Shown here: positions 41,811 to 51,056 of the stretch, piece by piece | Layout of the letters: every line of letters starts with the position of its first letter | How positions within the stretch are numbered: position 1 is the stretch's first letter | NCBI GenBank assembly: GCA_018818885.1 | Contig: JAHIRB010000041.1 | Location: forward strand, 1-55,360 | Reading direction: 5' to 3' | Origin: Patescibacteria group bacterium | Lineage (GTDB): Bacteria; Patescibacteriota; Patescibacteriia; Buchananbacterales; SURF-54 | DNA: 55,360 nucleotides | Translations under genes and position numbers: made by a program | Notes under the pieces: model-generated | What the model was told of the DNA's origin: nothing | The model's input: only the letters and a program-made list of their open reading frames with translations | Database searches by the model: none

Positions 41811-41941
41811 TTAATATGTCAATTCTCTAATTAACTCATACTCATATACTGTGGGATACTGTCCACCCGCTTCGACTCGCGAAGCGAGGCGAGTAACACC
41901 AAGTGATTAGGTAAAGAAAAAACCCTTGTAAATAAAAGGGA
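41811..41941 (-). pseudogene. Gene 3'-end remnant, copy 2 (..FLYLITWC[REP]YGQYPTVYEYELIRELTY*)
   Basis: 28-bp palindrome inserted at 41866-41893 relative to copy 1. Confidence 0.7.
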
Positions 41942-41958
41942 TTTTAACTGAATAATAA

Positions 41959-43014
41959 CTATTCAATAGTGATTTTAATTGGTTCGCCAAGTTTAAAATA
42001 TTTTGGCTCCTCTTGTCCATAAATCGCTCTTACAACATAGTCAGATTCAAGATTCTTATCATCACGCTCATAAAGTTGTACCTCAATCGTATTATTGTCT
42101 ATCCAATTTATTGCATTATCAACAGTTAAATAGAGGCCATGGCCATAAGATAAAATTGCTGCGTCATTAGGTATTGTATATACTCTTTTCAAACGTTGAT
42201 TGGTCTTAAAATCGTAAAGATGCAGTTGTATATTTTTTTCATTATTTCCGCCGAGTACAACTTCAATTGCTTGCTTTCCATCAGGCGAGGTAAATACTAA
42301 ATAGCCCCAGCCTAGCCAATTTGGCAAGTCTGCAAAATGGAGTTTATATTCTTCCGTTTTAGTATTAACTACAAGATACGGCCCAATGAAAAAACACCCC
42401 GCACATCCTGCACCACCACTTAAATAAATATGCAAATTATCTCCATCTTTGAATCTAAACCATTCATTTGCTCCTTCGCCAAGCCCTTTTTGTCCTTCTG
42501 GTTTTTCCAAGCTTACCTCGGCTAACAGATTGAACGTGGACATTCTTTCACCATTACCGTAAAAACACCCATTTATAATATTGTATTTATTTGATTCTAA
42601 TTCTGCATCAAGAGTATCAAGACATTTGCCAATGTAATACTCCGTTATTTCTTCCTTCTCAGCAGTATAATTACAGCCATTTACTTTTAACCAATAGTAA
42701 TACTTTTCATTTTTCCCTCTCGCAATTTCTTCTTCTAGTGTGGGACTGCAAATCAAGTTTGGTAAATTACTAAGTAAAGGGTAATCCTCTATTTCTAATG
42801 AGTCTTCTTGGATATTTTTTTGTTCCTGGCTTGTCGGAGATGTTGGTGTTTCTTCTTTTAAACAAATGGTCTTTTCGGACAAAGTTTTAAATTCTGAAGA
42901 ACATTTTTGTTCCATACTATTTAATTCATGTTGTTGCCACCAATAAACACCTCCACCAGCTAAACCAGCCGTAATAATGGCAGTCAAAATAATACTTACT
43001 ATCAATTTGTTCAT
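41959..43014 (-). CDS. Membrane-anchored or secreted hypothetical protein
   Basis: N-terminal TM ending AGGGVYWWQ; GGAGCAGC motif. Confidence 0.75.
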   Translation of the reverse strand: MNKLIVSIILTAIITAGLAGGGVYWWQQHELNSMEQKCSSEFKTLSEKTICLKEETPTSPTSQEQKNIQEDSLEIEDYPLLSNLPNLICSPTLEEEIARGKNEKYYYWLKVNGCNYTAEKEEITEYYIGKCLDTLDAELESNKYNIINGCFYGNGERMSTFNLLAEVSLEKPEGQKGLGEGANEWFRFKDGDNLHIYLSGGAGCAGCFFIGPYLVVNTKTEEYKLHFADLPNWLGWGYLVFTSPDGKQAIEVVLGGNNEKNIQLHLYDFKTNQRLKRVYTIPNDAAILSYGHGLYLTVDNAINWIDNNTIEVQLYERDDKNLESDYVVRAIYGQEEPKYFKLGEPIKITIE

Positions 43015-43046
43015 ACACTTTCATTATACCAAAAAATTGTCTTTTT

Positions 43047-43098
43047 TTAAACCAGCTCCCTCACCAATTCATACTCATATCCTGTGAAATGCTGCCAC
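43047..43098 (-). pseudogene. Gene 3'-end remnant, copy 3 (WQHFTGYEYELVRELV*)
   Basis: Begins immediately after the REP palindrome at 43103-43123. Confidence 0.65.
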
Positions 43099-43136
43099 CT
43101 TCGGCGAGGCAAGATGCCTCGCCTGTGTTGGATTAA

Positions 43137-43694
43137 TCAAATATGATATTTTGTATCGACAATCAAATATGGCCAATTATTTGGGTTATCAACATAACCA
43201 TGTTTTATTGGATTATTGTATATATATTCATAATGGTTTTCAAAATCGTTTTCGTTATCGTTCTCAATAACGTGATAATAGAAACTCCGTTGCCAAACAT
43301 GTTTTAAATTTTCATCCACCTCAGAGGTGAGGCTTCCAGCCTCACCCTTATGATTATTGTGACTCGGCGAGGCAAGGATGCCTCGCCTCTGATTTGTGGT
43401 TATACTTCGCCTATGATTGTTTATCTTCTGTGCTGAATAACTCTTCAAATCATGCATTATTTCGGAAATGTTTTTCTTTTTGGGTATTAACAACAAATGA
43501 AAATGGTTGTGCAACAAAACGCAAGCTGACAATTCGAAATCACCACGCTGTTTTAAAAATAACAATGTATTTAAAAAAATCTTGGCATAAATTTCGTTTT
43601 GAAAAATTCGTTTATTCTTAAATGTTTTAACTGTTACGAAGTAATAACAATGTTTAAGATATATCCTTTTCGTCTTGTTTTTATATTTGTACAT
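43137..43694 (-). mobile_element. REP-associated tyrosine transposase (RAYT, Y1/HUH)
   Basis: YFVT, LHNHFHLL (HUH), LKS.SA..IN, WQRSFYYH.I, YIYNNP.K.G.V; REP palindromes inside and downstream. Confidence 0.9.
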
Positions 43695-43696
43695 GT

Positions 43697-45214
43697 TTAT
43701 TCCACTTTTGGCCGATACTGCAACGCCTCCGCTACGTGCTTTAATTCTATAGGTTCTGACTTTTCCAAATCAGCTATTGTTCTGGCTAATTTAAGTATAC
43801 GAAAATATGAACGTGCAGATATATTTAATTGACCTACTGCTTGGCGTAGCAATTGGGTTGTTTTTTCGTCTATTGAGCAAAACTTCTTGGTTTTTTGTGA
43901 AGACATTTCTGAATTGGTAATAATACCGAGTTTTTGAAATCTTTTTCGTTGAATTTGCCTTGCCCCTTCTACACGTTTTCTGATATCTTTTGATTTCTCA
44001 CCTTCTGTATCTGTAGTTAATTTTTCAAATTTTACCCTGGGCACTTCAATATGAAGATCGATTCTATCCAACAAAGGTCCTGATATCTTTTTTTGATATT
44101 TGATTATGTTTGATGGCGAACATACACATGCCTTTTCTACGTCTGTGAGATAACCACAAGGACACGGGTTCATCGCAGCTACTAAAATAAACTTGGCAGG
44201 AAACTGTAAAGTACCAGCAGCACGTGAAACTGAAATGATACCATCTTCTAACGGTTGGCGTAAATTTTCCAAGACTAGTCGAGGGAACTCTGGAAATTCA
44301 TCTAAAAACAATATTCCACGATGTGCCAACGAAATTTCACCTGGTTTTGGCCACGTGCCACCACCAACAAGCGCAACGCTCGATGCAGTATGATGTGGAG
44401 ATCTTAAGGGACGTTGAGTAATCAAAGGCTGTCTATGCGGTAAAAGACCAGCTACACTATATATTTTAGTAACAGCTAAGCTTTCGGTCATAATCATTTC
44501 GGGTAAAATTGAACTCATCGTTTTTGCCAGTAGCGTTTTTCCAGAACCTGGCGGGCCAGACATTAGGATGTTGTGCCCCCCCGCAGCAGCTATTTCTAAT
44601 GCGCGTTTTGCTTGCTCTTGCCCTTTTACGTGTGTCATATCAGAATCAAAATGTCTTTTTGATACTTTAAAATAATCTGCATTATTTTTTGCTGGTTCGA
44701 TATGTAGTTTATCTTCACAATATAAAACTAAATCAGATAAACGTTCTATAGGTATTGCCTCTACACCGCAGACTAAAGCAGCTTCATTCGCATTCTCTTT
44801 TGGTAAAAATATCTTTTTTATGCCCTGCTGTAGCGCAAATAATGCGATAGAAAGTGCACCATTGATTGGACGAAGCCTGCCATCCAGTGCAAGCTCACCC
44901 ACAAAAAGACATTGGTCATCAATATTATGGATTTGTCGTGATAAAGATAAAATACTAACTGCAATGGGAAAATCATAAGCAGGTCCCTGCTTTTTTAGAT
45001 CAGCAGGAGCTAAATTTATGGTTAGACGAATCCGAGGCATCTCATATCCTGAATTTTTTATTGCTGACCTAACTCGTTCTTTGGCTTCATCAACGGATTT
45101 GTCTGGCAGACCCACAATGAAAAACTTTGGTGTGCCACCAGAAACATCTGCTTCAACTTCTACTAGCTGACAATCAAGCCCAACCAAGGCAGCTGAATGT
45201 ACTTTTGAAGACAT
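43697..45214 (-). CDS. comM: YifB/ComM Mg-chelatase-like AAA ATPase
   Basis: IVGLPD, INLAPADL.K.G, GPPGSGKT, SPHHTAS, LFLDEFPEF, MNPCPCG, SGPLLDRID. Confidence 0.95.
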   Translation of the reverse strand: MSSKVHSAALVGLDCQLVEVEADVSGGTPKFFIVGLPDKSVDEAKERVRSAIKNSGYEMPRIRLTINLAPADLKKQGPAYDFPIAVSILSLSRQIHNIDDQCLFVGELALDGRLRPINGALSIALFALQQGIKKIFLPKENANEAALVCGVEAIPIERLSDLVLYCEDKLHIEPAKNNADYFKVSKRHFDSDMTHVKGQEQAKRALEIAAAGGHNILMSGPPGSGKTLLAKTMSSILPEMIMTESLAVTKIYSVAGLLPHRQPLITQRPLRSPHHTASSVALVGGGTWPKPGEISLAHRGILFLDEFPEFPRLVLENLRQPLEDGIISVSRAAGTLQFPAKFILVAAMNPCPCGYLTDVEKACVCSPSNIIKYQKKISGPLLDRIDLHIEVPRVKFEKLTTDTEGEKSKDIRKRVEGARQIQRKRFQKLGIITNSEMSSQKTKKFCSIDEKTTQLLRQAVGQLNISARSYFRILKLARTIADLEKSEPIELKHVAEALQYRPKVE

Positions 45215-45251
45215 AAGTTAAATTTAATTCCTAATACTCAATATCCAATTC

Positions 45252-45621
45252 TCAATTATCTTTTTTTGTTTTTGTGCTACTAACAATTACAATAAAAATC
45301 AACATTAATTCTCTTGCTTCTGCCTTTAATCTCTGTGCCTTATCCCTACTTTCCGGTATAGCTGTAACTATCATTTTAAACCAATGTTGTACTTCCTTTG
45401 CTTCCTTTTTACATATGCTTATTTTATGTATAAAATCTTTTTTTGATTCAGCACAGTCAGCTTCACAATAATTAGATCCAACGCTAGTGGCCGCCCTAAC
45501 CAGCTGATTGATCAACGGGTAAGTAATTACATTTCTTGGAATCGTTTTTGCAAATTCTATAACATTTTCCCCAAACTTTGATGTTCGTTCTTCTAAATCG
45601 TATACTTGAAGTTTTTGACAT
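45252..45621 (-). pseudogene. Four-helix-bundle protein (23S rRNA IVP family) with a frameshift near the start
   Basis: YDLEERT..F..QLVRAATSVGSNYCEA..AESKKDF.HKI..KEA.E. ATG 45621 is out of frame by one base; A5 run at 45612-45616. Confidence 0.75.
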
Positions 45622-45717
45622 TGGATATTAGATATTTTATTGGTTATTGGTAATTAGATATTGGAAATAATAATAAAAACAGCACAACATTTGCGCCGTT
45701 ATTTTTTATTATTTATT

Positions 45718-46170
45718 CTATTTTTTATTAAATATTCTTAGGCGATCCAATACCAACAGTCCTACACCTAATGTTATCATAACATCTGCAACATTGAAAA
45801 CCGTAAAATATTTTAAATCAATATAATCAATAACATAATTATATTTGAATCTATCTATAAAGTTAGAAAAACCACCAGCGATAATTAAATTTAGTACTAC
45901 AAAAACAAAATAGTTTTTTTCTTGATATGCCTTGGTGGCAAAGTAAACAAGTAAAGCTAATATTGCTACAACCAAGGGTACAATAATTAATGTTGGCAAA
46001 TGTATGCCGAAAGCCACACCTTCATTAAATTCTGTATGAAACGAAATAAATCTCGATAAAAAAACCGGCTCCGCGCCGACGTAGTAAAAATATATTTTAA
46101 GTACTCTGTCTAATATAAATAATAGCAAAACTAAATCAATTGTCAGCCATGCTTTGACTTTAAACTTCAT
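45718..46170 (-). CDS. lspA: Lipoprotein signal peptidase II
   Basis: D..LK, NEGVAFG, GGFSNFIDR, VIDYI, VFNVAD. Confidence 0.93.
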   Translation of the reverse strand: MKFKVKAWLTIDLVLLLFILDRVLKIYFYYVGAEPVFLSRFISFHTEFNEGVAFGIHLPTLIIVPLVVAILALLVYFATKAYQEKNYFVFVVLNLIIAGGFSNFIDRFKYNYVIDYIDLKYFTVFNVADVMITLGVGLLVLDRLRIFNKK

Positions 46171-46270
46171 TTGTTTTTGTTTACCCCGTAAATTATAAAT
46201 TGATGATGTCTTTCCAAAAAATATTATGCCATTGCTATCGGATGTTTCTATCTTAAAATTTGTATGGGGT

Positions 46271-46639
46271 TTATAGTTCGCCTTTCAATCTCTTTTTGCA
46301 CTGCACGCAAGAACTAGATGTTGGTCTTACCATCAATCTTCTGGCATCAATATCTTCACCGCAATATTTGCATTTTCCATAATCATCCTTTTCGATGTAT
46401 TGTAATGCTTTGTTTACATCACGTAAAGATAATTCTAAATTTTGTTCTAATGAAAGTCTATCAGAAAAAGTAGCAACTTCCGCTGCGTTTTCGTCTTCTT
46501 TATTCCCAAAGTCTGGAAATTCTGCCTTATAATCGTCCTCAACAGAAGTTTTCTTTGTAAAACCAGCAAGAGCATTCTCTAGCTTTTCTTTTTCTTCAAG
46601 GAGTTTTTGTTTGATTTTTTCTAAACTTTCTTTGTCCAT
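46271..46639 (-). CDS. TraR/DksA C4 zinc-finger protein
   Basis: ALQYI..DYGKCKYCGEDI..RL..P..CVQC. Confidence 0.9.
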   Translation of the reverse strand: MDKESLEKIKQKLLEEKEKLENALAGFTKKTSVEDDYKAEFPDFGNKEDENAAEVATFSDRLSLEQNLELSLRDVNKALQYIEKDDYGKCKYCGEDIDARRLMVRPTSSSCVQCKKRLKGEL

Positions 46640-46724
46640 ATGTTTTAAGAAAAAAAATACCTACTTTAAGGTATGTATTATTATATCGTATATATAATTT
46701 GTGTCAAGTGCATATTTTTGCTGT

Positions 46725-47050
46725 AAAAAAATGAGGGGCGCACGAAGCGCCCCCCACTATTTGATAGTGTAAATATTTTATGGCGTCGTGCGCCCCTTGA
46801 AGTATTCTTACTACTCAAGTTTCGCCGTCTAAGGCAAAAAACAAGATCTAAAGAAAACTTCATTTGGACGCAACTGTAGCTGCTGCTTTGGCCTCGTGCC
46901 AATTCCGACGGCTAGTGAGAGTGTAAATCATTTATTGGTATTCACCACATCACCATATTTGTTTTTTTGTTTTTGTTTATAGTTGGTACAAGCTACATTT
47001 CGTACCAAAAAATAAATTACGGAATAGCTCAAGGCATTTTTCATGTACTG
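46725..47050 (-). ncRNA. Candidate stand-alone ~325-nt transcript (sRNA or small-peptide mRNA)
   Basis: TTGACA-17-TATACT at 47084-47056; GC hairpin with U6 at 46725-46755; no long ORF. Confidence 0.4.
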
Positions 47051-47210
47051 TACTAAGTATAACAAAATTTTATATGTTTGTCAATATTGCTTGTGGTTAA
47101 CTTATTCTTTTGTTTTAAATTAGCTAAAAAAAAGTATGAAATTATCATACCTATTGTCTACTTGATAAAATATCACTATTAACAGTTTATCCACATTCAG
47201 CTAAATATAG

Positions 47211-48695
47211 CTAATACATACAACCACTAAAATCTAGTCCTCGATCTTGCGAAATTATATATAGAGATGATGGCAAATAATTAAATAGCATTGATAATTC
47301 TTGTGGCAACATCTCAACTAGCTGTTCTTTATTAAAGGCTAAAAACCGATTTCTACCTGCAGCCCAACATTGTTTGTTTAATTGCTCAATATTTATTTGT
47401 TGTTCTGGGTTGCTAGATAATCTTTGTAATACATCTAGTGAACTTGCAAGTATTATTTCGTTATTTTGGATTGTATAAGCTAGTTTAAAATCGATCTCTT
47501 CTCTATTGATATGATATATAGTAGTACCTGATAATTCTGATTGTTCGAACTCAAAATCTTGTGGTCTTTTGATAATTTCTATAACTGTTGTTTTGTCAGG
47601 TAGTATTCTTTCTTGTTCTGTTGGATATCGATTAGCTAAAATGTCAGATATTATTTTTGAAATATCTGAAATTGCAAAATTTTCTGGTAAACTAAAATTT
47701 ATCGCCAGTTGATGTTGCATGTTACTGTCTTTAACTAGCAGTAAATCAATTCCCGAACTAAATATTGGCATTATTTGATTAACTACATCAAGATAATTTT
47801 GGTTAGCAATATTTTTTACGTTACTTTTATATTCACTAATTAATTCTGTATCAATTGCTTTGATATCATTAAAAGTTGAAACCATATCCAAACCTTTAAT
47901 AAACAAAATTGCATCTTTGGGAATAGTATTGATGCCAGAAAATTTTACAATTTCATTTGGATACAAATTTGATTCAGCTGTTTTTGCAAAATCAGACTCG
48001 AATTTATAATGTCCAAATTGTTTATCTAGTGAAAGAATTAATGATCCTGCATTAGATTGTTTGATAAAATTTGTAATCAATTTTTGAGTTTGGTTTTCTT
48101 CTGCTTGATATCTTGCTACTGCTTGGTCTAAGTTAATATAAAATTTTACAAAATCATCTTCGAATAATTCTGTATTGACAGTTCCACTTAGTGAGAGTTT
48201 TCTTTTTTGTATAGTGTCTGAAATCTGTTCAATTGTTTGTTGGGAATCGGCAAAGACTAGCACTGTATCAAAATCTAAATAATTTGAAACTTGATTTGAT
48301 AGTCTTTTGTACTGTCCTTTCTGATTATTTGTTTTTACTAAAACTGCAGTACCAATTTCATCATCTGGTAATTTTATCAATGCTATTGCAACTTGACGAT
48401 CCATCCTACTTAGCACGTCTTGTTCAGTATCTATTTTTAATTTATCGTTAATAGCTTGGTATAAATTTTCTAAATTCAAATCGCTTAATTTATTCTCATT
48501 CGGCCAAATCGATTGATTAATTCTTATATACAAAATTGCATCTTCTGGTACATACTTAGAAAGATCATCTTTATTAATTTGCCAATAATATCCTCCTAAG
48601 CTCACCACAACTATTACAACAACTAAAAAACCACCAAAGATTAGTAATAAGAATTTACTAAAAGCAAATGCTTTTCCTTGGTGATTTTTATCCAT
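47211..48695 (-). CDS. Membrane-anchored hypothetical protein (DUF3352-like)
   Basis: TM followed by LSKYVPEDAILY; ATG 48695 avoids overlap with pnp. Confidence 0.7.
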   Translation of the reverse strand: MDKNHQGKAFAFSKFLLLIFGGFLVVVIVVVSLGGYYWQINKDDLSKYVPEDAILYIRINQSIWPNENKLSDLNLENLYQAINDKLKIDTEQDVLSRMDRQVAIALIKLPDDEIGTAVLVKTNNQKGQYKRLSNQVSNYLDFDTVLVFADSQQTIEQISDTIQKRKLSLSGTVNTELFEDDFVKFYINLDQAVARYQAEENQTQKLITNFIKQSNAGSLILSLDKQFGHYKFESDFAKTAESNLYPNEIVKFSGINTIPKDAILFIKGLDMVSTFNDIKAIDTELISEYKSNVKNIANQNYLDVVNQIMPIFSSGIDLLLVKDSNMQHQLAINFSLPENFAISDISKIISDILANRYPTEQERILPDKTTVIEIIKRPQDFEFEQSELSGTTIYHINREEIDFKLAYTIQNNEIILASSLDVLQRLSSNPEQQINIEQLNKQCWAAGRNRFLAFNKEQLVEMLPQELSMLFNYLPSSLYIISQDRGLDFSGCMY

Positions 48696-48705
48696 TGTAT
48701 TGAAT

Positions 48706-50949
48706 TTAGTGTTTAGGTTTTCTTGGACCTTTGCCAAAACCTGGCTTGAATGGTTTTTTATCTCTCTGCTCTGAACCAGAAGGCCTACTATCGTCTGGTC
48801 GTTTATCACTTTGTGGTTGTAATGCCTTCATGGAAAGATTAATTCTTCCTAAATCATCAATCTTAATTACTTTAACCGGTACTTTATCTCCTACATTAAC
48901 AACATCAGTTACTGTTGTTACGTGGCGTTGAGCAAGCTCGGAAATATGTATTAATCCTTCTTGATTAGGTAATACCTCTGCAAATGCTCCAAAATCCATT
49001 ATCCGAGTAATTTTGCCTTCAAAAACCTCACCTACTTCTACAACTCTAACAATGTTTTTAATCCATTCAGCTGCTTTTTTTCCGCCTTCTTCTGATACCG
49101 CTGTAATCATTACCATGCCATCTTGTTCTATATCTATATCAACTCCAGTTTTATTAATAATTTCATTTATTATTTTACCACCAGGACCTATGACATCTCT
49201 GATTTTTTCTGGATCAATTGAAAATGATATGATTCTAGGTGCGTATTGAGATAGTTCTGGCCTTGGCACTGCAATAGCTTTAGCCATATTCTTTAATATT
49301 TCTAATCGTGCTGTTTTTGCTTGTTCCAGTGTTTCTTTACAAATTTGCATACTCAAACCATCAGTTTTAGTATCCATTTGAATTACCGTAATACCATCAA
49401 CTGTTCCTGCAACTTTAAAATCCATACCTCCATGCCCGTCTTCTAAATCCTGCAAATCAGTTAGAATTTTGTAATTTCCTTTATTATCAGAGGCCATACC
49501 CATAGCAATTCCTGCCACTGGCTTCTTAATAGGCACACCGGCATCCATTAATGCTAGTGTTGATCCACAGGTAGAACCCATAGAAGAAGAACCATTTGAT
49601 CCCAAAACTTCGGATACTACCCTAATTGTATATGGAAATTCATCTTTTAGAGGAATCATTGGTTGTAATGCACGTTCTGCCAAAGCTCCGTGTCCGATTT
49701 CTCGTCTACCAGGTGTGCGCATTGGTTTTACTTCGCCTACGCAAAAGCCTGGAAAATTATAGTGATGCATAAACCGCTTAGTTCCACTTTCATCGATACC
49801 TTCTAGCATTTGCTCGTCGCTTGGTGCACCCAGAGTTACCACAGAAAGAACTTGTGTTTCTCCCCTGTTAAATAATCCAGAACCATGTGTTCTTGGTAAA
49901 AGTGCTATCTCAGAACTTAGCGGTCTTATTTCTGTAAGCTTTCTTCCATCCACTCGTTTACTATCTTTTAGAATGGCATCTGTTACCACACCCTCAACTA
50001 GCTTCATATACATGTTGGCAGCTTTTGCTCTTCTATCTTTTCCTACACCCTGCTCTTCTAAATATAGTGCCAGTTCGTCTGCTAACTCATAAACAACTCC
50101 TTTTCGTGACGATTTTGTTCCTAATGATTTTGCAAATAGCTTTTTAGAAACATTTTCTTCTACCCAATTCTTTGTTAGTTCTTCAACCTCTTTAATCGAA
50201 GCCTTCTTTTCTCCATCTTCTGTTTCTTCTTCTGCAGCTTCTTTAATTTCCGGTGCAACTTTTTGATCTCCAGCCTTAGCTACTACTTCTTCAATAAATT
50301 TAATAATTTTTTTGATATGTTTTTGAGAAAATTCAATTGCATCATAAACTTCTTTTTCCAAAACTTCATTGGCATCTGCTTCTATCATTGTAACCTTATC
50401 TATACCACCAGCTACAATTAAATTCATGTTTGATTTTGTTTTAGCTTCTACGGTTGGGTTTACTACCCATTCGCCTTCTACTTGTCCTATTCTGACTCCA
50501 CCAATTGGGCCTTTCCATGGGATGGAAGACATAGAAAGAACTGCTGATGCAGCAATTAATGAGGCGATATCTGGATCGTTTTCTTCGTCGTAAGACAAAA
50601 CTGTCAAAATTACCTGAACTTCGTTTTTTAGTTCTTCTGGAAAGAGTGGCCTTATTGCTCTATCTACTAACCTGGCAGTTAAAACTGCTTCGTCGGATGG
50701 ACGACCTTCTCTTTTTATCCAACGACTACCTTTAATTTTTCCGGCAGCATAAAGACGCTCTTCGTATTCAACCATCAATGGAAAATAATCAATTCCATCT
50801 CGAGGTTGTTTAGACATAACAGCTGTTGCCAAAACAACAGTTTCGCCATACGAAACTTCGCACGAAGCTGTTGCCTGTAGAGCTAATTGCCCTGTTTTAA
50901 TTTTGAGAGGTGTGCCCGCGAGTTCTGTTTCAAAAGTTTGAACAGACAT
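48706..50949 (-). CDS. pnp: Polyribonucleotide nucleotidyltransferase
   Basis: RLVDRAIRPLF, HGSGLFNRGETQ, RREIGHG, SNGSSSMGS, KH and S1 domains. Confidence 0.98.
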   Translation of the reverse strand: MSVQTFETELAGTPLKIKTGQLALQATASCEVSYGETVVLATAVMSKQPRDGIDYFPLMVEYEERLYAAGKIKGSRWIKREGRPSDEAVLTARLVDRAIRPLFPEELKNEVQVILTVLSYDEENDPDIASLIAASAVLSMSSIPWKGPIGGVRIGQVEGEWVVNPTVEAKTKSNMNLIVAGGIDKVTMIEADANEVLEKEVYDAIEFSQKHIKKIIKFIEEVVAKAGDQKVAPEIKEAAEEETEDGEKKASIKEVEELTKNWVEENVSKKLFAKSLGTKSSRKGVVYELADELALYLEEQGVGKDRRAKAANMYMKLVEGVVTDAILKDSKRVDGRKLTEIRPLSSEIALLPRTHGSGLFNRGETQVLSVVTLGAPSDEQMLEGIDESGTKRFMHHYNFPGFCVGEVKPMRTPGRREIGHGALAERALQPMIPLKDEFPYTIRVVSEVLGSNGSSSMGSTCGSTLALMDAGVPIKKPVAGIAMGMASDNKGNYKILTDLQDLEDGHGGMDFKVAGTVDGITVIQMDTKTDGLSMQICKETLEQAKTARLEILKNMAKAIAVPRPELSQYAPRIISFSIDPEKIRDVIGPGGKIINEIINKTGVDIDIEQDGMVMITAVSEEGGKKAAEWIKNIVRVVEVGEVFEGKITRIMDFGAFAEVLPNQEGLIHISELAQRHVTTVTDVVNVGDKVPVKVIKIDDLGRINLSMKALQPQSDKRPDDSRPSGSEQRDKKPFKPGFGKGPRKPKH

Positions 50950-51056
50950 AAAATTTATTTCTCCTGTTACTCTGGGCGAAAAACTTTAGACTATGAATTA
51001 CATAATCTACCTGTTTTTCGCTCAAAGATCAATTATTAATTATTATTTAAATATTC

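Noticed and set aside
40953-43098. Diversity-generating retroelement TR/VR repeats
   Set aside because: Differences are not adenine-specific, are mostly synonymous, and no reverse transcriptase is in the window.
40953-43098. Classical integron attC array
   Set aside because: No RYYYAAC..GTTRRRY palindromic attC structure is evident, and the recombinase at 54130 looks like Xer, without the IntI insertion.
46725-47050. tmRNA, RNase P or SRP RNA
   Set aside because: No tRNA-like ends, no GAGGAAAGTCC core and no SRP loop motif were found.
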